A DNA stretch of 56,827 bases, filler included, from an uncultured virus (IMG/VR IMGVR_UViG_2049941000_000867) (30 parts of one record of this genome joined end to end with filler, not necessarily neighbours in it); one strand, 5' to 3'; positions 10,869-24,243 are shown, counted from the first letter of the whole stretch. Notes: a model not told the origin generated them from the sequence alone. Numbers and translations: made by a program.

Positions 10869-12156
10869 ATGCTACTACCAACAGCGATGACCGTAAAGGT
10901 AATATCCAACGTGCAGGATTCCAGTCTATCTACTGCCGCGTAACAGCCGTGGCCAACGTCGTTGAGCGTGTCACCAATGATGTTGTTGAGTATATCGCAC
11001 AGGATGCGCAATATGTGGCACAGGAAGGTGATAAGATTCGTGAAAATGGCCTCGTAACGGTGGCCATGCGTCAGTTCAATACGAATCCTGTCACTTGGTC
11101 GCCCGCTCCTGAACAGTGGAGTGTGCTGTCTGTCTCTGGCTTCTTTGGTGTGGATCATCCAGAGCGTCAGAAGTTCTTTATCTATACTACGTCCTATATG
11201 GCCCGCTTCGAGGGTGTAAACACATGGGAATGGGAAGAGCATTGCTTCATGGGTGGCTGGGGTGACTTGACCGGCTTTGCCATGCTGCAACTGGACGAAA
11301 ACCAACAGGTAGTATATCGTAAGGAGTTCAACGGCGAGGGCTTCGTCACCAAGGATGCGCATATCTATGGTGTGCTCGACCAGTTTACGCGATTCTCTGA
11401 CCGTATCGACATCAAACTGTCACGTCCTGATGGCACCATTGCAGACGGCGAACAGCAACGCGCCGACTTCATCCTGAAGGATGTAGAGGGTAACGTCATT
11501 AGCAGTGGCTATACGATGAGCATTACCCGACAAAGCGGCAATGCGGCTGCTGATACGGCATGGAATCAGGCCATGGCTACACAATACCCCAGCGGCATCC
11601 CGTCGGCTCTCTATTTCCAGTTTGCTGATGTGCCTGAAGGTGGTGCTGTCTATGTGGTGGCCGCCACACGTCAGGTAAGCGATGGGCAGGGTGGCTATGA
11701 CACCTATACAACCAGCGCGTCGTTTGTCCTCTCCCGTGCCTATGCCCAGGAGATTTTCTTAGGAGCGTGGGATGCTGCAACGCTCTATGAGCGCACTCCC
11801 CGACTCTACCCCACCGTCACACATAACGGCTGTAAGTGGTATCTCTATGCTGCCAGCAGTCTGAATAACGAGCCACACCCCACATCGACCTACTGGAAGA
11901 TGGTGTATGGTGCCAACGACCTTCAGATATGCTTCTACGACCGTGCAGGGCACCGCATCACATCAGCAGCGCAATATCCTGGTGCCGTTAATCTCTATCT
12001 CGACCCGCATCTGCTGTGTGGCAACTATGACATCACCGACCAGCTGACAGATAGCGATTGGTCATGGGAGCGTTACACCGGCAATTATGGTGAAGAGACC
12101 GATACCCGTAGTGCAGCCGATAAGCAGTCTGATCAGGGGTGGCCTAACGCCCACTG
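10869..12156 (+). CDS. Large tail/virion protein, internal fragment
   Basis: Long open frame rich in Y/W/G/T, with GAWDAATLY and WSWERYTG motifs typical of Bacteroidales phage tail proteins. Confidence 0.6.
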
Positions 12157-12256
12157 NNNNNNNNNNNNNNNNNNNNNNNNNNNNNNNNNNNNNNNNNNNN
12201 TTAATTAATTAANNNNNNNNNNNNNNNNNNNNNNNNNNNNNNNNNNNNNNNNNNNN

Positions 12257-12544
12257 CGATAATGCCGAAGCAGAAGCCATCACCTCTCTCTCGCTCTTTG
12301 CGCCCGTGCCAGCTGGCTCTCCTGCGGGTCCCTACGTCGTAAGTACCAAGTGCTACACAGGCCATGAGTGCTGGATGTCGGGTGTGTCACAGGTGGTTTA
12401 TACGCTGATTCAGATGCAGGAGCGTTTCATTGCGCCTCACATCAATCTCACTCAGCCCGATAAGGCTGCTGAACAGTTACGCATCCCCACTACCCTTGTA
12501 GATAACGTCACCATCCGTCATGCGCTCTGCAATGCCTTTGGCTT
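12257..12544 (+). CDS. Beta-ketoacyl-ACP synthase, C-terminal fragment
   Basis: EAEAI...STKCYTGHECWMSG...IAPHINL...ALCNAFGF: conserved Lys/His (K..TGH) and the N.FGFGG motif; contains a VPAGSPAG insert. Confidence 0.88.
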
Positions 12545-12554
12545 NNNNNNNNNN

Positions 12555-13167
12555 GGAAAGAATAAACCTGCAACTCCCCACCTCTTATAACCGCTGTACG
12601 CCGGCACAGCTCCGTGCTATTGCTGCAATCATGGCCGACCGTGGACTGCACACCTCCCGTCTGCATCCCTACGATCATTTTGAGGTGAAGGTGGCGGTAT
12701 TCTTCCGACTTACGGGCATAGAGGTGGTGGAGCCTGTCAATCCGCGTGTCAACGTAGAAGACCAATACTACACATGCCGACAAACGCCCTGGACGCTCGA
12801 AGAGGAAAACAGTCGTTGGTTCCGTATGCTACGCTGGTATCGTAGCTTTAAGGCATGGTTCCGTCGCTCAGTCCTCGGACATGATGACACTTTTTCGCTC
12901 TATCTCTGGCAAATCAACTACTGGCTGACTCCGCATAAGAATCTCATCAATGGAAAAGACATACCTGGTATGCTCGATTGGCTCGATGCTGACAGCCGCG
13001 ACCACCTCCTGCGCTTCCCGTTCCCGACGGTGTACCGTCGCCGTCACTCCAGTTGGTTCTCTATCGGCAAAAAGGTGGAGTTTCATGGACCGTCACCATT
13101 CATGGACGGCTTCATTTGGCGACGCTACCGTTTTGCCCAGGACTACATGCAGGTGTATGTCAGGCCA
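12555..13167 (+). CDS. Conserved phage structural-region protein, fragment
   Basis: INLQLPTSYNRCTPAQLR... open frame between gaps. Confidence 0.5.
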
Positions 13168-14108
13168 NNNNNNNNNNGCCAGCATCGACGGTTACGGCTT
13201 CAGTACGTCACCGAATATCATCAGTCCGTCGGCTGACAGCATTTTCCGCTCAATGACCAACGCCCTGAAGGATGCGAATCTTNNNNNNNNNNNNNNNNNN
13301 NNNNNNNNNNNNNNNNNNNNNNNNNNNNNNNNNNNNNNNNNNNNNNNNNNNNNNNNNNNNNNNNNNNNNNNNNNNNNNNNNNNNNNNNNNNNNNNNNNNN
13401 NNNNNNNNNNNNNNNNNNNNNNNNNNNNNNNNNNNNNNNNNNNNNNNNNNNNNNNNNNNNNNNNNNNNNNNNNNNNNNNNNNNNNNNNNNNNNNNNNNNN
13501 NNNNNNNNNNNNNNNNNNNNNNNNNNNNNNNNNNNNNNNNNNNNNNNNNNNNNNNNNNNNNNNNNNNNNNNNNNNNNNNNNNNNNNNNNNNNNNNNNNNN
13601 NNNNNNNNNNNNNNNNNNNNNNNNNNNNNNNNNNNNNNNNNNNNNNNNNNNNNNNNNNNNNNNNNNNNNNNNNNNNNNNNNNNNNNNNNNNNNNNNNNNN
13701 NNNNNNNNNNNNNNNNNNNNNNNNNNNNNNNNNNNNNNNNNNNNNNNNNNNNNNNNNNNNNNNNNNNNNNNNNNNNNNNNNNNNNNNNNNNNNNNNNNNN
13801 NNNNNNNNNNNNNNNNNNNNNNNNNNNNNNNNNNNNNNNNNNNNNNNNNNNNNNNNNNNNNNNNNNNNNNNNNNNNNNNNNNNNNNNNNNNNNNNNNNNN
13901 NNNNNNNNNNNNNNNNNNNNNNNNNNNNNNNNNNNNNNNNNNNNNNNNNNNNNNNNNNNNNNNNNNNNNNNNNNNNNNNNNNNNNNNNNNNNNNNNNNNN
14001 NNNNNNNNNNNNNNNNNNNNNNNNNNNNNNNNNNNNNNNNNNNNNNNNNNNNNNNNNNNNNNNNNNNNNNNNNNNNNNNNNNNNNNNNNNNNNNNNNNNN
14101 NNNNNNNN

Positions 14109-14673
14109 AGTAAAGGCTAAGAGCGACTGACCGGCATTGTCACGGTTAGAGAGCCACTGATTGATTTGCGTATAGAGTTTATCGCGTATCTCTGCCTGCT
14201 TCTTTCTATCAGACTGTGCTTTCTTCTGAATGAAGAGTTGCTGCATATAATCGTTGTGCAGGTAGATGATACGGCCAATGATATTGCTATTCTTCTTACG
14301 GTTGTAGCGGTCACTGATAATCGTAGAAAGATACTCATAGATATCACCACCAAAGATGGAATGCCAGGCAGGAGTCGGATAATACGGACGGCCAGCAGTA
14401 GGATTGAACGTAGGCAGCACGAAGCGCGTAGGACGTTTGTTTACCGATACGTTCTTTTCCTTTGCCTCCCAAACCACCTCTTGCAGCGAAGTCAACGGTG
14501 AAGCGGGATTGAGAGCATGAATGGCATTGATAGGCGCGTTCTGGTCGCCTCCCTGGTCGAGCCAGGGCTTATCCAGCCAACGATTCGAGCAGTACACATA
14601 ATTGATACGCCCGTATTGATCCATTCGCTCCAATCTGGTCGTATGGCAACTACGGTATGACAATCCTGTAATG
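14109..14673 (-). CDS. Putative portal protein, middle fragment
   Basis: CHTTRLE...GRPYYPTPAWHSIF...NRDNAGQSLLAF; sequence overlap with the end of 4454-5344. Confidence 0.6.
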
Positions 14674-14773
14674 NNNNNNNNNNNNNNNNNNNNNNNNNNN
14701 NNNNNNNNNNNNNNNNNTTAATTAATTAANNNNNNNNNNNNNNNNNNNNNNNNNNNNNNNNNNNNNNNNNNNN

Positions 14774-15377
14774 GGTTGGTAAACGAGTAGATGGTGGCAT
14801 CGTTGTAGGCCCGAATATCGAGGTGGCCATGGTCATGCACTATGCCACCGTATGCAAGGATGGTGGTGGAGTCATAGCAATGGATGGTGCCACGTCCTGA
14901 TACGGTGGAACGGTCACGAGCTGTAACGGTGCCACGTTCAATGTTACAACGGGCATTACCTGTGAGGGTCACACTGGCAGAGTCGGCAACGATGTGGACG
15001 TTGGCGTTGTCGGTGCAGGTGATGGGGAGGTCGCCCAGGACATAGACACGATGACGGCCAGCAATAGTGAGGGGCACGGGGGCATTGCCGATGAGGATCA
15101 TTGAGGCGGGCGCGTCGATGGGCGGTGCCTCGTTGTAATAGAAGCCGGCACGAAGAATATCATCCCGATAGACGGGATAGAGGGCACCGAAAGCCTTAAT
15201 GACCTGTTCGGGCACCTCATGCAGCACACCGGCCCAGAAGCGTTGCCATGCCGTCACCAGTTCTGGAACAGAGCGAGAGGCACGGAAAAGATCTTGCGAC
15301 TCCTGGCAGTTATCAGACTGAGCCAGGATGTCGATGCAGAGCTTCTGGAAATCGCGGAAGTATTGGTCTTGTTTCAT
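14774..15377 (-). CDS. Hypothetical phage protein with beta-helix-like repeats, 3-prime truncated
   Basis: ORF follows the amidase; repeated short beta motifs (ANVHIV, ASVTLT, STVSG). Confidence 0.5.
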
Positions 15378-15461
15378 TGCTTTATGGGGCTAATGGGTGG
15401 GCTGTTGTGGTACAACAGCATACGGGACATACTTTTTGATGTAGTTCAAGANNNNNNNNNN

Positions 15462-15956
15462 CATACTTTTTGATGTAGTTCAGGATGCCTTCGATATGCA
15501 GACGCTCAATAGCGTGTTGGCCGGCATCAGAGAGCAGATATTGCACATCGCGCTTATTATCCTGGAAAAGATTTTCAGTGAGGACAGCAGGGCAGGATGT
15601 GTGTTTCAGCACATAGAAGGCTGCTTCCAAGTCACGGTCGCCATCTGACTTATCCATGCGGATAGGTGTTTGTTTGTCGGTGTATTCACCACGCAGTTTG
15701 CCTGTGCTGATGATATCCACATACTCACGGAGGTTAGGAATGGCAGCATCGTAGAGACATTCAGCGAGATTGTCAGCCTTTGTCTTACCAGGCGAAGTGT
15801 AGGCACACCATCCACCGGCACCATGCCACTTGCCATCGGCACCAGCAGCATTGAGGTGGACGCTAACGTAGATGCAATCGTAGGTTTTACAGAGGTCGTT
15901 GACCAGTCGCACACGCATAGACAGCTCACGGTTCTGTTCCAGCTTCCAGTCCTTTG
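15462..15956 (-). CDS. Endolysin, N-acetylmuramoyl-L-alanine amidase (Amidase_3), partial
   Basis: YVSVHLNA and PAVLTENLFQDN zinc-amidase motifs. Confidence 0.9.
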
Positions 15957-15971
15957 NNNNNNNNNNGAAAA

Positions 15972-15995
15972 ACCCGCTGGCGAACCAGCGGGCAC
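15972..15995 (-). terminator. Conserved hairpin / probable intrinsic terminator (repeat family)
   Basis: Sense strand GTGCCCGCTGG-TTCG-CCAGCGGGTTTTT, 5 nt after the stop at 16001. Confidence 0.7.
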
Positions 15996-16000
15996 GAAGA

Positions 16001-18492
16001 CTAATAGACGTAGAACTCTACTTCGAGACTGTTCAGGCCGTCTTTTGCTGAGACGTTGTAGGACAGTTTATTGATGAATCCTACCAGTCCATTGATACGG
16101 AAGCGGCGCGTCCAGTGGTTTGGAACGTCGGCCACCTGTGCAGCAGAGCACTCAATCTGGATGCGGTACTTGCGACGTTTCAGGATGAAGTTGCAGTATT
16201 CCGACATGAAGGTGTCGAAGAGTCCACGCGATTTGATTTTCTTTTCGACGACTCCCGTCTGTGCGTTGATGACATCAGGATCCACGAGCGGGCCATCAGC
16301 CCNNNNNNNNNNCCACCACCGATACCAGGCTGCACACCGTTGTAGTCGTACTCATTACCCCACATGTCGATAGAGTCAGACGTGAGGGCATAGAGGCCGG
16401 CGACAGTACGCCACTTTGAGTTACCAAATCCATCGTAATTGAAATCGTAGGTCTGAATGGTCGCATTGGTGCCACCACCACGCATGATAGCGATAGCAAG
16501 GCCCCAATCAATAGACTGTAACGGGCTGTTGCCATCGTCTGTGTCGCTGGGGTCGTAGTTTTCTATCAACTCCATCTGCTCTTCAGCATAGCACTCCACG
16601 AAGTCAGAACCGATGCTTTCCTTGATGATCTGTTTGATGAACTCATGTTCCATGTCTTCGTCGATGTATGCAGCCAGAATTGGCTCCATGCGGTCGGTAT
16701 TCAATGATACCGTGTTTCCGCTACCATCATTATGCGTACCACTGGCCTGTGCAATCTCAGTCTGGTAGTTGACATCGTTAAACTCCATCGGCTGAAAATC
16801 GCTGACGATTTCCTCCACAAAATCCTTATTTAGCTCAGAGCAATCGCCCAGCTCTACACCCTTGAACTGCCCCACCTCAAAGAGAGCCGGTTTCCAATCC
16901 GATGAGCTTGTTGCTTCGCCGTTGACCTTGATACGGTATTTGTTTCCAGTTGCACGGTCAATATAGCACGTCTTATCGCGTTCACCACCAGACTGCTTGG
17001 GCGCACGAAAAATCTCTTCGTAGTGTTTGTTAGTGACAGTCGATTTCTGAGGATAGTCGATATAGTCATAGGATGTATCATAATCCTTCTTACCCTGTTT
17101 CACGTTACTACGCTGCTCCTTTGCATCGCTCTCGCTGCTATACTTCATGCTGACACCCGTAATCTTCTCGGCAATCTTTTTCATGGAGATTACGCGGCCT
17201 GGAAAGTCGATAGGATCCTGCTGATCACGGAACACATCACGGGCAAAGTAAGCACGGACATGTTTCTTCTCGTAGTTATACTCAAACTTGATGCCAAACG
17301 ATGCCCAGAGAGAATCCAGCACCGTCTTCACAGCTTCGTCAGGGAAGTTATCGCTGTTGGCATACATCAGCATGATATCAGCCTTCAGACTCTCACCCGT
17401 CTTTGTCGGTTCAACAGTGATAGACTGCACACCGTCCACACCTACAGTAGCATGGCCATTATACGTTTGACCGTTGAACGGATTGTAATAATGGTATTCG
17501 CAATCGTCGAGCTGCTTGCCCTTTACGTCAGAGATTACAAACTTACCACCACAACCACGACTCTCCAGCCATTCGTTGACCTCATTAACCGTTTGGAAAT
17601 AACCATCCACGTTAGGGTACTTCTTTTCCTCATCGTACTTGCAATGTGTCGTAAAGAAGCACAGGCGGCGCATGTCTTCCACCTTCAGCAGTTCGGTGTT
17701 GTCAAAGCTGACACCCAGGAACGAGAAAAGACAGTCGAGGAAGTAAAGTACATAGAAGCAGATGCCAGACTGAGGACGGTCGGCCTCCAGAACCCAATAC
17801 GGCCAGTGGTCGTTAGGTCCTGTGTGCTTTGTCTTCGGACTGGCCTTAGAGGTTGTCTTACCGTCTTCGTCGATATCATAGTGTGTATAGCAGACACGGG
17901 CATTACAGTATTTCGCCGTCGGATAGGCATCGCTCACATTGATAAACGATGTCTGTACCTGGGGAATGATTACCTTCTTATCATCGCCATAACTCTCTTC
18001 CTTACTCTTTACCGCTTTCTCCTTGGTGCCTGACTGAGTGACACAACGGCCAGGATAAGAGAAACCGAGAGCCTGGGGCGAAAACTCCGCATCACTACTA
18101 CGCTGTGACGTGATGGAATGGATTTCATCAGGTTTCTTACCACTATATGTTATCTTGATTTGGAAATCATAGTCAATATGCGCCTTCACAGCTCCGATTT
18201 TCTCACCAATGAGAATACGATCCTTCAGAGGAATATCACGGCATTGCAGTTCGCCTATGAGGTCATCAATAGAGTGCTCAGAGGCCGTGATATTCATGGT
18301 GAGAGCGGTGTCGATTTCTTCATCTTCGGCAGTTACGAGGGTGCCGGAGCGGAAAGGCTGGTTATCGACTACGATACGCATCTTCGTATGCTCCAAACCA
18401 ACGGGACGGTCGATGTTGGCAGGATCGTCGATGTTACCCAGCAGGAAACGGTTGCCCTCCATAGGCATTCGGCAGGGGTACGAAAACATTTC
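16001..18492 (-). CDS. Large tail-tip/hub-like virion protein (over 800 aa, gap at 16303-16312)
   Basis: Starts MFSYPCRMPMEGNR and ends RFRINGLVGFINKLSYNVS...VEFYVY; this architecture is typical of siphovirus tail proteins in Bacteroidetes phages. Confidence 0.6.
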
Positions 18493-18592
18493 NNNNNNNN
18501 NNNNNNNNNNNNNNNNNNNNNNNNNNNNNNNNNNNNTTAATTAATTAANNNNNNNNNNNNNNNNNNNNNNNNNNNNNNNNNNNNNNNNNNNN

Positions 18593-21500
18593 ACCAGAGA
18601 CTTTTGTGCCATCAGATGTGGTACGACCCAAAATACGCCCCATCATAATACACCTATTTTCCATACCATACGCTTTCTCTGTCATAAAATCGACTCGCTT
18701 TACTACTACCCAACCGTAGAAAGTCGTATCTGTTCCATAACCTACCAACTCTATCATTTCTCTGGAGAAATATAGATTTGAGAAACGTCTTCCGTTTTCA
18801 TAAAAATATTTCCCAGACGGAGCAGTAATCACACCCCAACCACTTGTGGGAAAACTCTTGGAATCCCAGGCATAACTTGATAATCTAATTACTCTTCCAG
18901 ATTGATTAACTTCCCAAGAGAGACTAAACGATGTAACATAACCCCAACCACTTGATTCCGTCATCATAGCCAGATTATCCATATCATAGGTTGAGAAAGA
19001 ATCATAAACGAGCTTAAAAGGATTTCGCACAGAACCCTCTATTCTTCCTACAATATTGGCCTCAGTTGCATAGAGTTTACCTGTGAGTGTTACGCGGAAT
19101 GGAGCGGTGGCACGGTTAGCATAGTCGGCACCCACCCAGAGGGGATAATCATTAGAGCCTCCTTCTGCACCACCCATACCAGCAGCCACATTGCCGGCAG
19201 AGTTATATACCAGGATGCGGTTAGTCTGCTGAAAGTTAATAATGGCGTTTTCGATGAGCGCAAAGTCAGAAGCGAGGAACTTCAAGTATGAAGCCTTTTC
19301 CCAATGCGTTGTATCATTGTAGGGCTGTGTAGTGGAAGTATAGCCACTGGAAGTTGTGCGCTGTTTCATGCGCCAATAGGTCATGGCACNNNNNNNNNNT
19401 AGACATGCTGAATGTCATCAGCCATGCGGTCATTGGTATTCTCTATCCAATCTGTAGCAATGGTATTCTCTTCGAGCTTTGGCATAGAGATCCATCCGTA
19501 ATGCGAATACGAAACCAGACGGAAAAGTACCTTATATTGAGCAGACGTAGAAAGCGAAGACGGTGTTTTGAATGTCACGGAATGACGATAATGGCCAGGA
19601 TTCAACTGCCAATATATATTACCATCATCCGCAAAGCCTACATGTGTACCATTCTGCACATTAGCCGTAGTACCATCATAGAGTGTCACGTTACGTCCAC
19701 CAGTAGGATTAGGAATAACCGTACCAGCTGTATATTTCTTGCCATCCACATACCAAGGAGCCGACGAAGAGTGCTGCACAGCCTGACCACCATCAGAACG
19801 ATAAAGATAAGAAGCCATCTTACAACCACGATCCACACGAATCAATGTGATATAACAGCGGTGGTTGAGATCGGTATAGGTATTCTGTGAATCGTCACTA
19901 CTAAGATANNNNNNNNNNNNNNNNNNNNNNNNNNNNNNNNNNNNNNNNNNNNNNNNNNNNNNNNNNNNNNNNNNNNNNNNNNNNNNNNNNNNNNNNNNNN
20001 NNNNNNNNNNNNNNNNNNNNNNNNNNNNNNNNNNNNNNNNNNNNNNNNNNNNNNNNNNNNNNNNNNNNNNNNNNNNNNNNNNNNNNNNNNNNNNNNNNNN
20101 NNNNNNCATACACCTTTTGCTGGAGTAATTCGGTATATAAGTTTTCCCAAACAGGCGTACCACCGAAAGAATTATGAGAACCAATAGTATTCACACCGAT
20201 ACCGCCATTCTTTGCAGTCCACGCCTCCATCTGACCTTCAGAAAGGAAAGCGGTGTCTTCGAGTAGGTTTTCCTGTACGCCAGTGTCGAATTGTGCCAGA
20301 AGAGATATTTCAATAGTTGGCGTGTCAGAGCGTGTGTAGGAAGTCAACTTCTTTTGCCAAAGGTAACGGTTTTCCTTTGTCAGTCCGGCCTCGGTTGGAT
20401 AAGAGCCACTGGTAGATGCAATCCATCCGCTATCATTCTCAGCAGGAGTCTCGAATGACTGCGTAAACATACGATAGAAATAGATATTGGCGATACCATT
20501 GCCATTATCGCCAGGACCACCCTTTGTACCATCCTTCAGGATGGGGATGGTCTCGCGGTCGAGACGGACGGAGCCGGAAGCACTACGCTGGCCACGCCAC
20601 AGTTCGAGCACTACGCTGGTATGGCTGGCAGCCTCGGAGGTGCCAACAGAACGGCCAGAGGTAGGCAAAGATGTGGAAGGGCTTGCTGCACCATCCCAAC
20701 CATAGTAAATATAGTAACCAGAAAGTGAATCATGGTTAGTGGTTGTAGATCCAACCGTCTTCTGAATCTGACAGGTCAAAGTATAGGAACCTGTGAGGTC
20801 NNNNNNNNNNNNNNNNNNNNNNNNNNNNNNNNNNNNNNNNNNNNTTAATTAATTAANNNNNNNNNNNNNNNNNNNNNNNNNNNNNNNNNNNNNNNNNNNN
20901 GCCATTACCATTGAGATACACCGTCTTGATACACTTCCAGAGGTAGGGCGTTGACTGCGAGTAGCCACAGGAAGCGAGCGATGACCAGGTATTCCATGTA
21001 GTATCGTTGGTAGGAGTAGCAGGAATACTGTTGGTCGTTGTCGCCTTGAAACGAGTGTCCTGCGACTGAATACCACGACCAGTAAGACCTTCAGCACCCT
21101 CGGCAATGACGCGGAGATCGTGACGCTCCACCTCGATATTGCCATATTTCAGTACAAATGTGATAACCGATGTAATGCCGGCAGTAGAGACGTTAGACCC
21201 CAGCGTATAAGACGATGAAGTGTTGTCACGATAGACAATGACGCTGTAGCCCGACGGCACCACTGACTGCGTTTCGGCAGAACCATCAGCATTACGCTTG
21301 ATGANNNNNNNNNNCAGTGTAGCCACTGGCCGTACCTGTTATATCAATGAAAATAGTCTTATTATAGACATGCGACGTGCTACCCATAGTGACAGTTATC
21401 TTTCCCGTCTCAGAGTTGACATCCACAGACACCTCAGAGCCGCATGTCGTACCATCCTCATAGGTTTTCGTCGTTGAATAAGTAGCAGACAGCGGTGTAA

Positions 21501-23225
21501 TACCGTAGAACATCGAGGCAGTAGTCTCACGCGAGACAGAAGCTGCTATCTTACCGTCGGCCTTGNNNNNNNNNNGTTCGTTATCCAGGTCGATGATCAA
21601 TGCAGACTCACCAGGGGCACCATTCAAACCGTCTTTGTTGATGGGGAGCGTTTCACGGTCAAAGATGTTTGACTCGGCCACAGCTGAAGCAGAGTTAGCG
21701 GTAGTCAAGATAAACTCGTAGGCCGTATTCGTGGTGCTGTTGGGGATAACCAAGTAGAAGTTAGACGAAGAGAGGTCTTTCATCCATGCCCAATTACCAG
21801 GGGAGCCATTAGCAGCAATGGCACGATAGAGGATGTTATAAGTACCGTCGATATTCTGAAGGTCTGAAGCCTGGTCTCCGTCATGCTTTACGATAGAGCC
21901 ATTGTAATTCTTGGTGTAACCACAACGGACAGAGATAGAAGCCGGTGTGAGCTGGTTGCTGCTGTTACGCGCAAAAGAAGCATCGTTCTGCGAGAGCAAG
22001 AGCTGATAGATAGCCGGAGAGACACCAGGCGCACCAGACTTCACGACATTGGCCGTGAAGACGGCAGGGTAGGACTTGCTGGCATAGCCGATGGCAATGC
22101 TGGCCGTGAGACGGTCGGCAGACAGCTGTGTATTGACAGCAAACACCCATTCCAGTTTATAGGCACCGTCCTGCTGGGGCGTGATGGTAGGTGTGACAGA
22201 ACCCAACTTGCAGTTGGCAGCCACAGGAGCCGTCAGGCCATCGTTGATGATAGCAGAGCCACGATATAGGCGGGCATAGGTAACGAGNNNNNNNNNNGGT
22301 ATAGCCGCACTTCAATGTAGCCGTAGTCTGATTCAGGTCGCCGTTATTGTCACGTCCGATGGTGACAGCCGTATCAGACGGCAGCAACTCGTACATGACG
22401 GCATCCTGACCCTTACCGCCTGACTTCACGGCAGCAATAGAGAAGACTGTCTGACGGGTGCCATAGTCATTATGCACCACCTGGAAGCGCAGTTCAGTAA
22501 TCTCGGCAGGCTGTGTGTTGGCAGCAATGACGATACGGGGTGTAGTCTTATCCGTTACTACATCGACATTGAATCCAGTGGGCGCAGTACCCACAAGCGA
22601 CACCGTACAGTCGTTGATAACATTGGTAGAGCCATAATAAGCCGCCAGGTGGAAGTCGAGCGTGATCTGAGACTCTACCTTACCATCGGTGCTAATGGGG
22701 ATAGAGGTCATTTCATTGTCGATGTCGATAATGAATGGCGTATCGCCAGGGTCGCCCTGCTGTCCCTTCTGACCCTCCTTATTGATGGGGATGGTCTCGC
22801 GGTCGAGACGCTTTTCCTTCGTGGAGCCGTTCATCTTCCACAGTTCCAGGACCAGCGAGGCATAAGAGGCCGCATTAGAGGCAGAGACGGTAATCGTACC
22901 ACCCACACTGATAAAATTGGATGGTGTGGCTGGATTGCCATAGCCATAGTAGATGCGATAGCCAGAGAGCGAACTAAGGATAGTAGTCTCTTCGTCCACG
23001 ATTTTCTTCACATAGCCCGTAATAACATTGTTNNNNNNNNNNTGAAGACCATGTACCATTACTACGACTCTTACGACGAAAATAGATATTGTAACCATCG
23101 AAAGAGCTGCTGACATCCGAATTTGTTGATGGAGTCTGATTGCCTATGCGCTTAGTATAGCCGCACTTCAATGTTGCCGTAGTCTGATTCAGGTCGCCGT
23201 TATTGTCACGTCCGATGGTGACAGC
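18593..23225 (-). CDS. Very large tail fibre/adhesin-like protein(s), many fragments
   Basis: Repeated modules (LDRETIPI.K.G..G..G, IID.DNE), short collagen-like Gly-X-Y linkers, Ser/Thr-rich beta domains; all on the minus strand between gaps. Confidence 0.65.
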
Positions 23226-23325
23226 NNNNNNNNNNNNNNNNNNNNNNNNNNNNNNNNNNNNNNNNNNNNTTAATTAATTAANNNNNNNNNNNNNNNNNNN
23301 NNNNNNNNNNNNNNNNNNNNNNNNN

Positions 23326-24196
23326 GGAACCATTGAGTGAAATATATAGATACTCAGGATCCTGCGTATCATCAATGGATGCAAAGGCCGTTGTCACACG
23401 GTTGTTATAGCTTGCATCCGTAAAGAAGTCACAGCGGAGAATGAGGTTATCCACGAAGTCTGCACCATAGAACGTGACGGAGTGGTTGTTTCTTGCAGCC
23501 ACATACTCATCACCCGTACCGGCATTGTACCACTTACAGTACCATGTGGCAGGCGACTGGCCATCCTCACCATAGAGCGAGGCCGTGACGGTGACAGCCT
23601 GGTCACCAGAGATTACACAACNNNNNNNNNNGTGCGGTGATAATGGCCGACTCAGGCGACAGCAGGCCCAAGAATCCCTGTGCAGACATCTGAGCAATCT
23701 TGACATCCACCTGACACTGGAACGGCTGCTGCTTACCCAGAATCTCCACCGAACCCTCATAACCGATAGTATCAAGGTCAATGTTGGTAGGCGAAGCCAG
23801 GTTAGCGATGACAGTCAGACAGGGCACCAGGTAGCTGGATCCACCAAGTGACACCGTAGTAGTGCCGACGTGGAAGAGCGGATCATTGTTAGCATCAAGG
23901 AAGTTGGTAGAATCACCACTATTGTCAAAGGTAATCACCACATCGTTATAGAGCCAATGCGTATTGACCAACTGTGAGTTGTTCATATACTGCACACCCT
24001 TACGGATGACGGGATAGACACGCGGCTGGCTGGGATTGGGATCGGCCTGCGTCGCTTTCCAGTTAGGAATAGCCTTTTGGGTATTGTTATTCCAGTTCTG
24101 GGAGAGCGTACCGTCGATGCGCAATGAGCCTTGCACAGTGATACCTTCCTGAAGGGCAGTGATGGCGAAATGATTGGAAATTGTTGGAGCTGGCAT
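23326..24196 (-). CDS. Virion structural protein (MPAPTISNHFAIT...), fragments
   Basis: ATG at 24196 with an A-rich leader; Ig-like beta composition; IDDTQDP motif. Confidence 0.55.
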
Positions 24197-24243
24197 ATTC
24201 TTTTCTTTTTAGGGCCGTGGCGATGCCACAGCATACGAAACAT

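Noticed and set aside
22298..23225. Duplicated ~70-nt segment in the tail fibre suggesting a shufflon
   Set aside because: Direct duplicate located at contig ends, with no recombinase seen; explained by assembly overlap.
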